From contig OX597825.1 of NCBI GenBank assembly GCA_951406725.2, forward strand, positions 65,534,001 to 65,598,000: a stretch of 64,000 bases of DNA, read 5' to 3'. Source of the stretch: Octopus vulgaris (taxonomy: Eukaryota). Under the pieces are notes generated by a model. The model had not been told where the DNA came from. It made no database searches and saw only the letters and a list, made by a program, of their open reading frames with translations. Position numbers and translations under genes: made by a program. Below, piece after piece: positions 41,587 to 56,023 of this stretch (the stretch's first letter is position 1; each line of letters opens with the position of its first letter).

Positions 41587-41907
41587 TATATATACTAGAT
41601 ACATATTATACCTATTATTTATATATGGATTATTTATTTATTATATATATAAACATATATGTATGTGTTATTTTTTTATATATATATATTATTTATATTT
41701 TAATGTTTCATAACAGCCAATTTATGTTATCAAATGGTTTCATGCTGAAAAAACCTTCCAGAAGTGTAGAGGAAACATAAATTGATTGTTATGAAGCTAA
41801 AATATTATACACATAAAATAATATACCTTTTCTATTACCTAATATACAGGTGCCTGATTTTTTTTTTCCTTCTCAGACAACTCTATGTATATACATATAT
41901 ATATTTG

Positions 41908-41961
<54 letters not shown>

Positions 41962-42848
41962 TATGTATATATATATATATATATATACGCACACGCACAT
42001 TCATATACATACACATATACAGACACATACAGATACACATATACATGTATAAGAAGGCAGTCTTGTATATCAGAAAAACCATCACTGACGTATTTTTAAA
42101 AAAGCATCATGATTTCAACAGTGTCTCTTCTCTTTAGCCAACTAGGCTTATATGTATATATCTTTTGGCAAACCTAACCACCAAAGATACATATATGCGT
42201 ATCTGCCAGTAGAAGTATATATGACACTGTATATAATAACATATCCATGCTAGTTCTCAAACACATTTCGATAACCTTAATCCCACAGCTTCTGTGGTGG
42301 TCTTCAGTCATAAGCACATTACTGTAGAAGCATTGTTCTATACATTGGCGCTATCATCTAATCAAGAGGTGATCTGATTTCCAACGCACTATCCAGAATT
42401 TTATGTAATAAATTTTTACAATAAAATCGTTCAATTTTTCAATTTTTTTTTTATCTGTGTGTATATATTTGTTTAAAGAGAAACAAACTTTGTCTTGCTG
42501 TTCCAGTACTGGTTGTTTTGGCATACATCATATTAAATATACAAGTCAGCGCCACATTCTTCAGATAAGACCAAATATCGTTTGTTTACATAACTGTCTT
42601 CATCTTTGCTTTTATCAAACAATATTTTAACTGGTGAGTTGTCTGGCCATGTTTATGTTTAACCATATGCCCTTGCATGCATAAATACACACTGAACTAC
42701 ACACACATGCATTATATCTACATGTGTATATATATGTATATATTTGATTGCATACTAATATTTGCATATGTCTATAGATATCTGCATGTATGCATATGCG
42801 TATCTGTTCGCATATATATATATATATATATAAACATATATATATATA

Positions 42849-42903
<55 letters not shown>

Positions 42904-43483
42904 TGTGAATATACAAATAATGTTTGTTTATGTAAAGATGCTTGTGAGAAGAAAAATAATTTCACTTTGACAAATCCATGGCAGGTATTTATTTATGACA
43001 CAGGGGTACAAAGTAACTTTTGAACCCAACCAAACTTTTAAACATACCAGCCTAACAGAACTTCTCTCATCTGCTAAAATTTTTTTTGCCATATGTGACA
43101 TGAGGTTGACGACCTGTCGTTCTACATTCAATACCATGCTGACATATATATTTGGTAAATGATGAACCTCAATGTATGTCGATTCTCCATCTAATAAATT
43201 GCTAGCAAAAGAGGCTTATGGCTCTAGATTTGCAATTAGTTTTTGACAGTAAATTACATCTATAGACATGCGTTATGTCACACGTTCAGATGACCTCTAC
43301 TCGACTCTTCTCTACTACTCTCTTACTTTAAACCCGTAATCACATATTCATTTGAAAACTTCTTCTATATGTTCAATATGTTGGTCCCTTGATTCACTTT
43401 TGATCAATATCTCATCCTTATCGCCACTGTTAGCTCGCATTACTACACAGTGGCAGTATATTCTATGAAATCCTTATCGCCAC

Positions 43484-43899
43484 TCTTTACTCTTTTACTC
43501 TTTTACTTGTTTCAGTCATTTGACAGTGGCCATGCTGGAGCACTGCCTTTAGTCGACCAAATCGACCCCAGGACTTATTCTTTGTAAGCCTAGTACTTAT
43601 TGTATCAGTCTCTTTTGCTAAACCACTATGTTACAAGGAAGTAAACACACCAGCATCGGTTGTCAAGCGATGCTGGGGTGGACAAACACACACACACAAA
43701 CACACACACATATGTATATATATATATATACATATATACAACGTCTTCTTTCAGTTTCCGTCTACCAAATCCCCTAACAAGTCTTTGGTTGACCCGAGGC
43801 TATAGTAGAAGACGCTTGCCCAAAGTGCCACACAGTGGGACTGAACCTGGAACCATGTGGTTCGTAAGCAAGCTACTTACCACACAGCCACTCCTACGT
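43484..43899 (-). mobile_element. SINE family A copy between inverted subrepeats
   Basis: Full length; flanks are reverse-complementary ~56-bp repeat units. Confidence 0.88.
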
Positions 43900-45248
43900 C
43901 TGTGTAGTATTACAATATAACAGTGGCGATGAGGATTTCGTAGCTCACACAGCCACTGTGTAGTATTGCAATAACAACATGAAAGCAATTTTTAAATATT
44001 TTTAGATCTATACAGATGCAGACTTACCGATGTGGTTAAGAGTTTTGGTCCAAGGCCATGTAGTTTCATCTTTAGTACCATTTTGTGGTACCTTGGAAAA
44101 GTATCTTCTAGTATAGCCCTGATCAACCAATACCTTTTGAGTGGATTATGTAGATGTAGACAGTGAGAAGTCCATTGTACAAACACACACACACACACTC
44201 ATGATATATGTATGACACACACACACATACACACTCAAATACTCACATACACACACATACACATACACATATACACATGCATATGATATATGTATGTGTG
44301 TGCACGTGTACATGTGTTTGTGTGTGAATGTGCTGTGTGTGTATATATGTGTGCATGTGCTGTGTGTGCATGTACTGTGTGTGTGTGTATGTGTGTGTGT
44401 ATGTGAGTGTAACTTGGAAACAGGTGAGGGTTGGCTACAGGAAGGGCATCCATCCATTCAAAAAGAAGCTGCTTCACTGAATCCCAACTGACTCATGGAA
44501 AAGTAGACATTAAGGCAATAACGATGAGGAGGGAGAGGAGGAGAATGATGATGACCATGATGATGATGATGATGATGATGATATGTGTACGAGTATGTTT
44601 GTGTCTGTTTGCATCTCTGTCATTGCTTTCAAACTGCATCTCACATGAAGAAGCAGAGATCAACAAATTGTGAAGTTTGTTGTCATTCCTTATCAATTAG
44701 ATTGTGCACAGGCTCTGTGTTGTTGAAGATGTATATTATATCAAAAATATTTCTTTACTTGAGAAACATGTAAAGGTTAGCAACAGCAAGAGCATCCATC
44801 TATAATACAAAACAGAGATTTATCTAACGCATGCTAATACATATTAGATAAATGGGTATAAATAATGGGTATAAAAATTAAAGAACTTTGAGCAGTCTTG
44901 TCTTCACTCAGGACATAGCCAAGTCTTAAATATTAAAGTTGTTTACATATCTAATACTTTGGTTGAAAGAAGACAACAACAACAACAAGATAAAAAGTGT
45001 GAGATTATAATTATGTGCATAAAAATTTATCTCAGAAATTTCAATGAAGGAACAGTGAAGTAATTTCTCTAAATGGTAGAAATATCATTATGATCATCGT
45101 CAGCAGTGTTGTCATCATTATCATCAGTATCCTCAACATTATCTGGGTTGTCAGTGTCAACATTGCCTCAGCCACAGCTTTTGTTGTCATTGCCATCATG
45201 CTAGTCATTCTTGACTGTGACAGCAGGTGGCACTGGCATTACTGGTGA

Positions 45249-45676
45249 CATTACATTGTTGCCATCATCAGCATCAGCATCATCAGCATCAACATTATCA
45301 TCATCATCATTGTCGTCATCATCTTTGCCATTGTCATCATCTTTATAATTCTCATCATCATCATCTTCAATTTTACATCTAAGCACATATACATATATAT
45401 ATACATATGTATATATATATATATATATATACACATTACATATATATACACATTACATATATATACACATTACATATATATGCACATTACATATATATAC
45501 ACATTACATATATATATACACATTACATTGTTGCCATCATCAGCATCACCATTATCAGCATCAACATTATCATCATCATCACTGTCGTCATCATCATCGC
45601 CATTGTCGTCATCTTTATAATCCTCATCATCATCTTCAATTTCACATCTAAGCACATATACATATATACACATATG

Positions 45677-45705
<29 letters not shown>
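45249..45705. repeat. Local tandem duplication (period about 272 bp) of a (CAT)n-rich segment
   Basis: CATTACATTGTTGCCATCATCAGCATC at about 45249 and 45521. Confidence 0.8.
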
Positions 45706-45712
<7 letters not shown>

Positions 45713-45929
45713 TATATATATCAATGATTGAATGGACAGAACAGAAAAAGGAGAAAAAGTTAGACAATAGCAGGGCAAACGGGAAACAAGACAAAAACTT
45801 AACGGACAGGGAATTTAGACAAAAACATGATACATGGAATATTCATGGCTGAATTTTCCTTGTCAATCAATGACCAAAATATCATCGTAACATATATGCA
45901 TATGTGTCTTCATATGCATATATCAATAC

Positions 45930-45994
<65 letters not shown>

Positions 45995-45999
<5 letters not shown>

Positions 46000-46234
46000 T
46001 ATATTAAATTAGAGACAAAACCACTATTATGCAAATCAAACAAAGAAAGACTTAAGCCAATACATAAATTAATTTATATTATTTAGAAATGTAACAATTA
46101 TTAATTGTTAATTATTATTATTAATTAATAATTGTTACATTTCTAAATAATATAAATTAATTTATGTATTGGCTTAAGTCTTTCTTTGTTTGATTTGCAT
46201 AATAGTGGTTTTGTCTCTAATTTAATATAATATA
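45995..46234. repeat. Perfect 112-bp inverted repeat with 16-nt spacer
   Basis: 45995-46106 is the exact reverse complement of 46123-46234; unpaired extension to about 46318; (TA)n on both sides. Confidence 0.95.
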
Positions 46235-46743
46235 ATATTTTACTATAAAATTGGATTCAATCCTAAATCTGATTTTTCCCTGTAAGTTTGGATTTATTCC
46301 CTAATTTTTATTATTATATGTATATATATATATATATATGTTGATGTTATAATGTTAAACTGTCTTATGTCCAAATTTGGCCAAATGCATTTTTTTTCAA
46401 TATTTAATTTTGCTTGCAATAAGCCGGTCCTTTTGGGCAAACTATGATATTTCCAGCTGCTTCAAAAGCATAGTAAGTCCCACATTCGACAGTTTTTGCA
46501 ATGCTATCATACATGAATAGAGTTATGATTTTATGCACCCAACAAAGTAGTATTATCAAGCTGAAACTGTTGCAAATGTAAAAACAAATGGAATGGTGAA
46601 ACTTATTTTTTTTGTTTTCTGAAAAAGCAACGTTTTGGACTTACGTCACTTTTGCCGAATAGCAATGATATCTATATACATACATACATACATACATACA
46701 TGCATACATACATACATACATACATACATACTTACATGCATAC

Positions 46744-46806
<63 letters not shown>

Positions 46807-46852
46807 TATGTACATACACATAACTATAAATATGTACATACATACATATAAA

Positions 46853-46901
<49 letters not shown>

Positions 46902-47608
46902 TTATATATATATATTCACACAGGGAATGAAAGATTGAGATACGTATGTGTTTAATTAACGAAGCTAGTTAAATTTTATTAAGTCAACATGTATGACATT
47001 TTTTTAAAATACTTTTGGGAAAATTAGTAATTACAAATCTCATGTTGTCTTGTGAATATTTTTATTTATTTTTTTAGTTACATCCAGCTTCTGTTGATGC
47101 CATGTCCCATATATAAACATGGAAAAGCATATAAATACATATATCTAATTACATACACATATATGTATTTGTATACAGATATATATGTGTGTGTATATGT
47201 ATATAAATATATATACATATATTTATATTTATATGTAAGTATATATATATATATATATTCATATTTATATGCAAGTATATATATGCATATATGTGTGTGT
47301 ATGTATGTATGTATATGTATATATATATACATATGCGTTCATACATGCATATATATAACTGTATATGCTTATAAAATTTTTCTTAGTATGTATTATGTGT
47401 GTATATCTGCAACTATATATATGCATACACTTAGAAATTAAATAAAGTAACTATTTTTAAAAAATTGCCCTGATTCTTCTTTCTCTCCCTCTTCTTCTCC
47501 TTCTTCTTTTTCTTCTTCATCCATTCCACCACTCCTTCCTCTCCAAATCCATTTCTAAGCAAGGAGGAACTTTAAGACAAAAAAAATTTTAAACTTAAAA
47601 AATAATAC

Positions 47609-47660
<52 letters not shown>

Positions 47661-47751
47661 TAATAATAAATGCAATAATAAATGCAATAATAATAATAAT
47701 AAAAATAATGAATGCAATAATAATAATAATAATAATAAAAATAATAAATGC

Positions 47752-47786
<35 letters not shown>

Positions 47787-47796
47787 TAATGAATGC

Positions 47797-47830
<34 letters not shown>

Positions 47831-48611
47831 GTAATAATAATAATTATGATTATAATAATGAACAAAATAATTTTTTTTTTTCTTAAGAAAAATACATGGC
47901 CTAAATTACACCATAAAATCCTAACTGAAAATAACAACAACAATTACAACAACCATAACAACACTGACAGTGATGGAGATGCTGATGACAATGATGATGG
48001 TAATAATAATGCCAACAATAATAATGATAATAATAATAATAATTAAAAAATAATGAGAAACTCCAAGTGTTGTTAGTTTGTTTCTCAAACATTATTTAAG
48101 ATCGATAATTCGGTGACTTAACTGAATCGAGAAAAATTATTTTGCTTTATTTATAGATCCTGTTATTTTTTGTATATTTGTTTTTGTTCTTTCTGTTTTT
48201 GTTTTTGTCCCTTTTTTTATGTCTTGTTTGTTTATTTGTTTATTTGTTTGCTTCAAATCAAAGTCGAATTTTTTTTTTATAATTTTTTAAAAAGTTTTTT
48301 TTTAGTTTGTGTTTGTTTGTTCTGGAATAAAAATGTCTTGTTATTGTTGTTATTGGTTATCGTAGTGGCGGTGTGGTGGTGGTGGTGGTGGTGGTGGTGG
48401 TGGTGCTGTGGTGGGTGGTGGTAGTGGCGGTGGTAGTGGTGATCGAAATGTGGTGGTGGTACTGTAAGTGTGTTTTTTTTATATTAAAAATCTAAATATT
48501 CTTCAATTATTATTGAATTTATTTAGTTATTTATTATCATTAGTATTCTGTGTATACATGGGTATATGTGTGTGTGTATGTGAATATGTGTAAGTGTATA
48601 TATACACACAT

Positions 48612-48690
<79 letters not shown>

Positions 48691-48931
48691 ATATGTATAT
48701 ATATATATGTATGTATGTATGTATGTATATATATATATATATATATGTATGTGTATGTATGCATATATATATATATACATATATACACATATATATATAA
48801 GTATATGTGTGTCTAGATGTGTATGTCTGAGTTATTTATTCTTCATGGTGCTTGTCTTCACACATATTTTGACATAACATTCAACACAGTTCAATGTATA
48901 TTTGCAGACAAAACACACCCCTTTTTCTCTT

Positions 48932-48987
<56 letters not shown>

Positions 48988-49455
48988 TCCTTCTTTCCTT
49001 CTTTCATTTCTTTCTACTTCATCATCCACCCTTCTTGCAACCTCCCCTCTTGCTCTCTGCCTGACTTGCTCTTTTTCCTCTCTTTCACTGAATGTCACAG
49101 ATGAAAGGTTTTCTTTATCATTATTCTTCATCAGTTAAAATTTTTTTTAAATGGCTAATAGATCATCATGGGATGGTAGAATCAGTAAAAAAACAAAGCT
49201 GTCTTTTTTGGACAGTATTTAATTTTATCCCTAACGCTCCGAGTTCAAAACCCACAATCTTAAGCTTAATCTTTTTTCACTCTTTCTTTCATTTTTCTTG
49301 TTTCAGTCACCAGTCTATTATTTAGCTTCTTCTTCTTCTTCTTCTTCCTTCCCTTCCTCCTCCACCTCCTTCTTCATCTTCTTTTCCTTCTTCTTCCACC
49401 TTTCTCATAACTCTTCTCTCTCACTCTGTCTCTCTCTCTCTGTCTTTCTCTCTCG

Positions 49456-49516
<61 letters not shown>

Positions 49517-50006
49517 CTACTCCTTCAAGAAATCTCTCAGATGAAAGGCCTGCACTGTCTTTATTCTCTCAGAGTAAGGCAGTGGGTTAACAGGACCATT
49601 AGCACAGCAAACAAAATGCTTAATAGCATTTTTTCCAGGGCTTCACATTCCGAGTTCAAAATAGAGCAAAGATCAAATTTGCCTTTCATATATTGAAGTA
49701 AATGTATATATAAATAAATATAGATATAAGATACATCAAGTACAGGATATCACCCATGAGTGAAAAATACATAGACTCATGAGTAATATGTACATGACAA
49801 ATTACCAAAAACTATATAATAAGAACAGAACATTCAGCAATGAGTGAAAAATATGTAAACAAATAATGAGAAACAAGTTCGGGACAAAATACCAAAAGAA
49901 TTCTAACCCTTCTTCAGTTGTTGACTGTTAATTACTCCCTATTTCAAGCTTTCAACAACATAGGAAAACTTCATAAAACGGTAGCATCCAGAAATTTTAT
50001 ACATAC

Positions 50007-50168
50007 GTGGCTGTGTGGTAAGTAGCTTGCTAACCAACCACATGGTTCCGGGTTCAGTCCCACTGCATGGCATCTTGGGCAAGTGTCTTCTGCTATAGCC
50101 CCGGACCGACCAATGCCTTGTGAGTGGATTTGGTAGACGGAAACTGAAAGAAGCCTGTCGTATATATG

Positions 50169-50199
<31 letters not shown>

Positions 50200-50402
50200 G
50201 TGTGTGTGTCTGTGTTTGCCTCCCCCCCAGCATTGCTTGACAACCAATGCTGGTGTGTTTACGTCCCCGTCACTTAGCGGTTTGGCAAAAAGAGACCGAT
50301 AGAATAAGTACTGGGCTTACAAAGAATAAGTCCCAGGGTCGATTTGCTTGACTAAAGGCGGTGCTCCAGCATGGCCGCAGAAAAATGACTGAAACAAGTA
50401 AA

Positions 50403-50404
<2 letters not shown>
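50007..50404 (+). mobile_element. SINE family A copy, near consensus
   Basis: Colinear with family A, many CpGs retained. Confidence 0.9.
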
Positions 50405-50446
<42 letters not shown>

Positions 50447-50863
50447 AAGTCGAAGTGCGATAAAATAAAATTAATTATTATCGCTGGTATTTCTAGCACA
50501 AGCCATATATTATTCATATATAAGTACATTAAAAGGCAAAGTATGTACTAGAAACACAGAAGCTTGATAAATTTAGTGAAATGAAAATAAAAACGTTTAC
50601 TAACTCGGTTCCTCTTAGACTGCAGTTTCGTTCTTTTCAGTAATAAAAATAATTTAATATATATATATATATATATATACACATAAAGAGAGAGAGAGGT
50701 AATGTGCTTCTTTTTGTTTCCATCTGTGAAAGTTACTGACAAGGCTTCACTTAGTCCAGGGCTATATATAGTAGAAGACGTTGGCCCAAGGTGCCATTCA
50801 GTGGAACTGAAACGTAAGAACCACGTGGAAGCAAACTTCATACCACACAGCTATACATACAGG

Positions 50864-50895
<32 letters not shown>

Positions 50896-51235
50896 GAATA
50901 TGAGAATCATAGCCGATGCCAGTGATGCCTGACTGGCAATCTTACTGGTGGCACGTAAAAAGCTCTAGACTAAGCCAGTGCCCCTTGACTGGCTCCTGTG
51001 CCAGTGGAATGTAAAAAGGAACCCACTACACTCTCAGAGTGGTTGGCATTAGGAAGGACATCGAACTGTAGAAACCTTGCCAGATCAAATTGGTGTCTGG
51101 TGCAGCCTACTGGCTTGCCAGTCCTCAGTCAAACCGCCCAACCCATGCCAGCATGGAAAATGGATGTTAAATGATGATGATGATGATGAGGATCATAATG
51201 ATGTATATATAGAATGGATATATGTTGTGTGTGTG

Positions 51236-51282
<47 letters not shown>

Positions 51283-54067
51283 CTATTCTGAACTTTTTCC
51301 TCTGCCACATTTCATTCACTAGACATTGGTCATTTGAAGACTATATAGAAGGGACTCACCTAAAGTGCTTTGCAGAGGTTTGGAACCTGAAACTATGTGG
51401 TTGATAAATCAGCTTCTTAGCCATACTCTCATACATGCATCTGTTGTTTTCATATCAAAAAAATTAGCCTTTCCATTATATCAAAGATGATAGATACCAA
51501 TATTGGTAGAGTGCCAGACACCACTCTGTTATGACTTTTTATATTTCTGAGTTCATATCTTCACAATATAAACTCTGTTTACCATTCTTCTGCAGGTGAT
51601 ATAATACAATAGTAGTCACATACTGATGCTGATATAAATTGCTATATTGCCCTCCCAAAATCTGCAGTCTTTTACCAATTATAAAACTCATAATCACCAA
51701 CATTATCATCATCAAATCAGTTGTTGGCAGAATTATTGTAATGTCATACAGAATTCAAATGATGCCAAAGTTGAAAATACATTTTATTCTGTCATTCTTT
51801 GCCTAAGCCATTCCAATAAATTTATATCATTAAAAAGGCCATAAAATTTTATTAGTAGTAAATATAAAGGTTAGAGAAATTAGAAGAAATTGCTAAGCAC
51901 AAATGAACCATTTATCACTAATGAATTTAGTTTGATCAGTTTCACAGTTGAAATCTCACTGAGTGGTGTTTATATTTTGTTATTTCACTTTAAGTATTAA
52001 GTACCAGTAATTCTTTTACATCTCCTTTCCTGTTCTAGTATAGGTTAAATGAGACACTTGAGGCTGTAATTTATAGCCAAATGCTCATCTTAATCCCAGT
52101 TCTTTTAGTCACCTTTTTATGACATACAGAAATATTGTGTATGTTAAACGAACTAAGATACACAAGCCTCTGATATTGAATACAGAGTTAATCACTTATG
52201 GTATGCAAATTAGTAGCTAAAATTCTCTAGAGTTACTAATTTGATATGCATTTATATAAACAGATTAGTTGTTTGTTCCTTTGGGATTGACTAAGTGATA
52301 TAGACACTTCTGGTGAGTTCCAAATAAGAGCAGAAAATCAATTAAGGCTTTTCCTCATTTTCTTTTTTATATAATCTATTTATGGAGAAATAGGTAATTT
52401 TGACATGTATTTATATCTAGAATGTAGGTTTACATACAAATGTGCATGTGTGTGCATATATCTTCTAACAGTGTATAATTGGTAAAGAATATAAACATTG
52501 CCAATAAATATAAAAAGAAGTGACACTCCCTCATCACTCTCCCCATGTGCAAAATGCTGTGAACTAGTGATTAACCTATTGGGTACCTATAATCAATGAC
52601 ACTATAGCGATCACCATTTGCAGTATAAAACAAACAGAGCCAGTATTATAATGAAAGCCACAGATGACTGAGCTAGTATGATTACAGACAACAAACTAAT
52701 GGGATTTTTCAGTTTGTAGCCTTTCACCAATCCTATATGGTCGCTGTAATTAAATAGTTAAGTCTCAAAACGTCCAAGTTTTCCTAGCTATAAGTAAGCA
52801 TCGTATAAAAGCACTGTAAACTGTGAGCAGCTCACATTTGTTTAGAACGTTGATTTATTATGCAGGGAAAATGCCACCGACTTTTAGGGATGGTGACAAG
52901 GTAATCATTATCATCATCATCACCATCATCATCATCATCTTTTAATGCCTGTCTTCCATGCCAGCATGGATTGGAAGACAAATTAAAATGAGATAAATTC
53001 GTTAATGTGCTGCATTTCACTTTAAGCAGTGGGCCTAGGCCCAAGACAGAAACCCTACTAACAACACTATTTTATCACTAATTATCAACGGCTGATTGAA
53101 GCTGAGTTATGTGATATACTGAGGTTAATGTGATCCCCTTTTCTCACTTCTCAGAAAAAAATAAATAAATAAATAGGTCTTGTGTAGAATATGAACAAAT
53201 CAATATTAGATGAATTTGTTAAAATACTGAACTTGTATTGATATGCATATCCTTGTATAGATAATACTCTAGTTTTCTTATCTAAATAGGAAAATAATGA
53301 TTTGTTACATTGGAAAAATTCCACAAACTTTTAGCTAAGGGGTTTGAGGTGGCCAAATTAAAATGAGAGAAGTGCAAATCCTGTAGGATTTGAACAGTGG
53401 TGTAGAAGAAGTTAGCGATTTCTCTAGAGAGATAAAACTAACTACTTCAACTGATCAAAAGAATTCCATTCTACCATTATTTTCAACTGCCTACAAATTT
53501 GGGTATTAACGTTAATTTGATATTATTTCCTCCCTTTCTACCCGCTTTCTCTCATTCTTTCTGTCGATTCTGATTCCTCATAATGTTTGCTCTAGAACCT
53601 TCCTTCTTATACAACTCACCCTATCACATATTCAACTGCAGAATTCAGCTCAGCTAATGAGTTTGTAAATTCAGCTCAGTTAATTTTACTGCAAAACTCA
53701 ACTCAGATAACCTCTTAACCAAAATTCACCTCAGCTAATTTTGGTGTAAAATTCAGTTCCACCAATCTGAAAGACTTCCAGCTTTTCTGAAAGTCATCTA
53801 CGTTAGGCATACAAATTGTCAGGCACCATTCCCCGATGTTGCTCAGATGCTTCAAATGGCCCAAAAGAAGTAATTATCATACTCTTACAAAACTGTACTT
53901 GCTGATTAAAGCAAGGCAACACAAAACTTGGAAAAGGGAAAAGAAAACCCTTTGGAATTATTAGCAGTAATTTTTATCAAAATCTTTCTCAAATGGTCAA
54001 GATTTATGCATAAAAACACCTGCACAAGGATGACACGCAAATACATGAAGCTTTCCATATTTATTAT

Positions 54068-54239
54068 AGATGCAGGAGTGGCTATGTGGTAAGTAGCTTG
54101 CTTACCCACCACATGGTTCTGGGTTCAGTCCTACTGCGTGGCAACTTGGGCTAGTGTCTTCTGCTATAGCCACGGGCTGACCAAAGCCTTGTAAGTGGAT
54201 TTGGTAGACAGAAACTGAAAGAAGCCCATCATATATATG

Positions 54240-54270
<31 letters not shown>

Positions 54271-54490
54271 ATTTGTGTGTCTCTGTTCGTCGACGTCCCC
54301 TCCCCCAACATCACTTGACAACCGATGCTGGTGTGTTTGCGTCCCCGTAACTTAGCAGTTTGACAAAAGAAACCAATAGAATAAGTACTAGGCTTACGAA
54401 GAATAAGTCCTGGGGTCGATTTGCTTGACTCAAGGTGGTGCTCCAGCATGGCCACAGTCAAATGACTGAAACAAGTAAAAGAGTAAAAGC
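54068..54490 (+). mobile_element. SINE family A copy
   Basis: Full length with AAAAGAGT tail. Confidence 0.9.
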
Positions 54491-54753
54491 AGTAAGTGCT
54501 CTGTGCTCCCACTGGGTACTAGCAAATGGTATAACTAATACTTGATACACCATTCAGAATATACAGAAGAGATAACTAAATTGGCTTTGACTACTGAAGC
54601 TGTTTGAATGTAGAGTAGGAAGAAATAGACATTAGGTCTATCAAAACGTTTATGGTATTTGTGTGTTAGTGGAAAATGGTGTCTTATGAAGAATAGAAAA
54701 TTTCTGATTATATATGCCATACCATCTAAGTTAGGAAGGGGTAGTAAACCAAA

Positions 54754-55016
54754 GTAGAGGTGCGTGGCTTAGTGGTTAGGGTGTCGGCATCATGATCATA
54801 AGATTGTGGTTTCGATTCCTGGACCGGGCGATGTGTTGTGTTCTTGAGCAAAACACTTCATTTCACGTTGCTCCAGTCCACTCAGCTGGCAAAAATCAGT
54901 AATGCTGCGATGGACTGGCATCCCATACAAATGGGGAACACATATGCCATAGAAACCAGGAAACCACGCCCATGAGCCTGGCCAGGCTTTAAAAGGGTGC
55001 ATTTATTTTATTTTAA
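54754..55016 (+). mobile_element. tRNA-derived SINE head B with tail X
   Basis: 9-bp TSD TAAACCAAA at 54745-54753 and 55017-55025; A and B boxes; tail shared with the 21984 and 60248 copies. Confidence 0.9.
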
Positions 55017-55264
55017 TAAACCAAAATCTTTCAGCTTCCTAATTCTACTCTGATATGGAGTGGTAGAGGTATATTCTATGTGAACCAGCTTCTCACTAAA
55101 ACCTTGTCATAGAAGGAGGATGCACCATCAAAAATTTCTGTTCACTTTTTCTATCCTGGATTGTATTTGTAAATGTGTTGTATAAGTTTATACTATAAAA
55201 CCTTTATCAAATGGTCAAGATTTATGTATAAGAACACCCATTTCTCTTTTCTCATTGTGGGTGG

Positions 55265-55309
<45 letters not shown>

Positions 55310-55325
55310 TATGTATGTATGTATG

Positions 55326-55364
<39 letters not shown>

Positions 55365-55962
55365 TTATATAAGAGATATTACTGCTGGAATCATATATTT
55401 TCGACAGTATAGCTACTTTGTTTATGGATGATTTTAACTTGATCAGTAATTTCAGTTGTTTTAACTACTCAACTAAAATCTTATCACTTTAGATTAGTCC
55501 TGCAGGGTATGGAAATCTTGTTGAATCCAAATTTATTTTACTACTGAGATTTCATTCTCTGACAGATATTTTCCTGGTCTATAAACCATTCTGCTATGTT
55601 TAGAGGGAATTTGTGCTATAAGGTCCTTCACTTGATATTGAACACATTTCCAATACTTTAGATACTGTCGTTAGAATTTATAATTTACAATCACGAGATT
55701 TACAATATCTCTGAACTATTTCTGGAGACCAAGACAATTTGTGGCATTATTACAAGCTGGCTGCGTTTGTCTCATTCCCAAGGTAATACAAGTAGATAGA
55801 AGTGCTTTACTCAAGATTGCAGTGAAATTCTCTTAATATAATTATGTGAACCTACAGGTTTATAACATATATCATCTTCCATCATATCCCCCCCTCTCTT
55901 AAGTTTTATATATTTCAAAATGATTATTATTATTATTATTATCATTATTATTATTATTATTA

Positions 55963-56023
<61 letters not shown>

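Noticed and set aside
55380-55860. Possible degenerate reverse transcriptase (LDIEHISNTL; ITSWLR)
   Set aside because: Motifs too decayed to support a call
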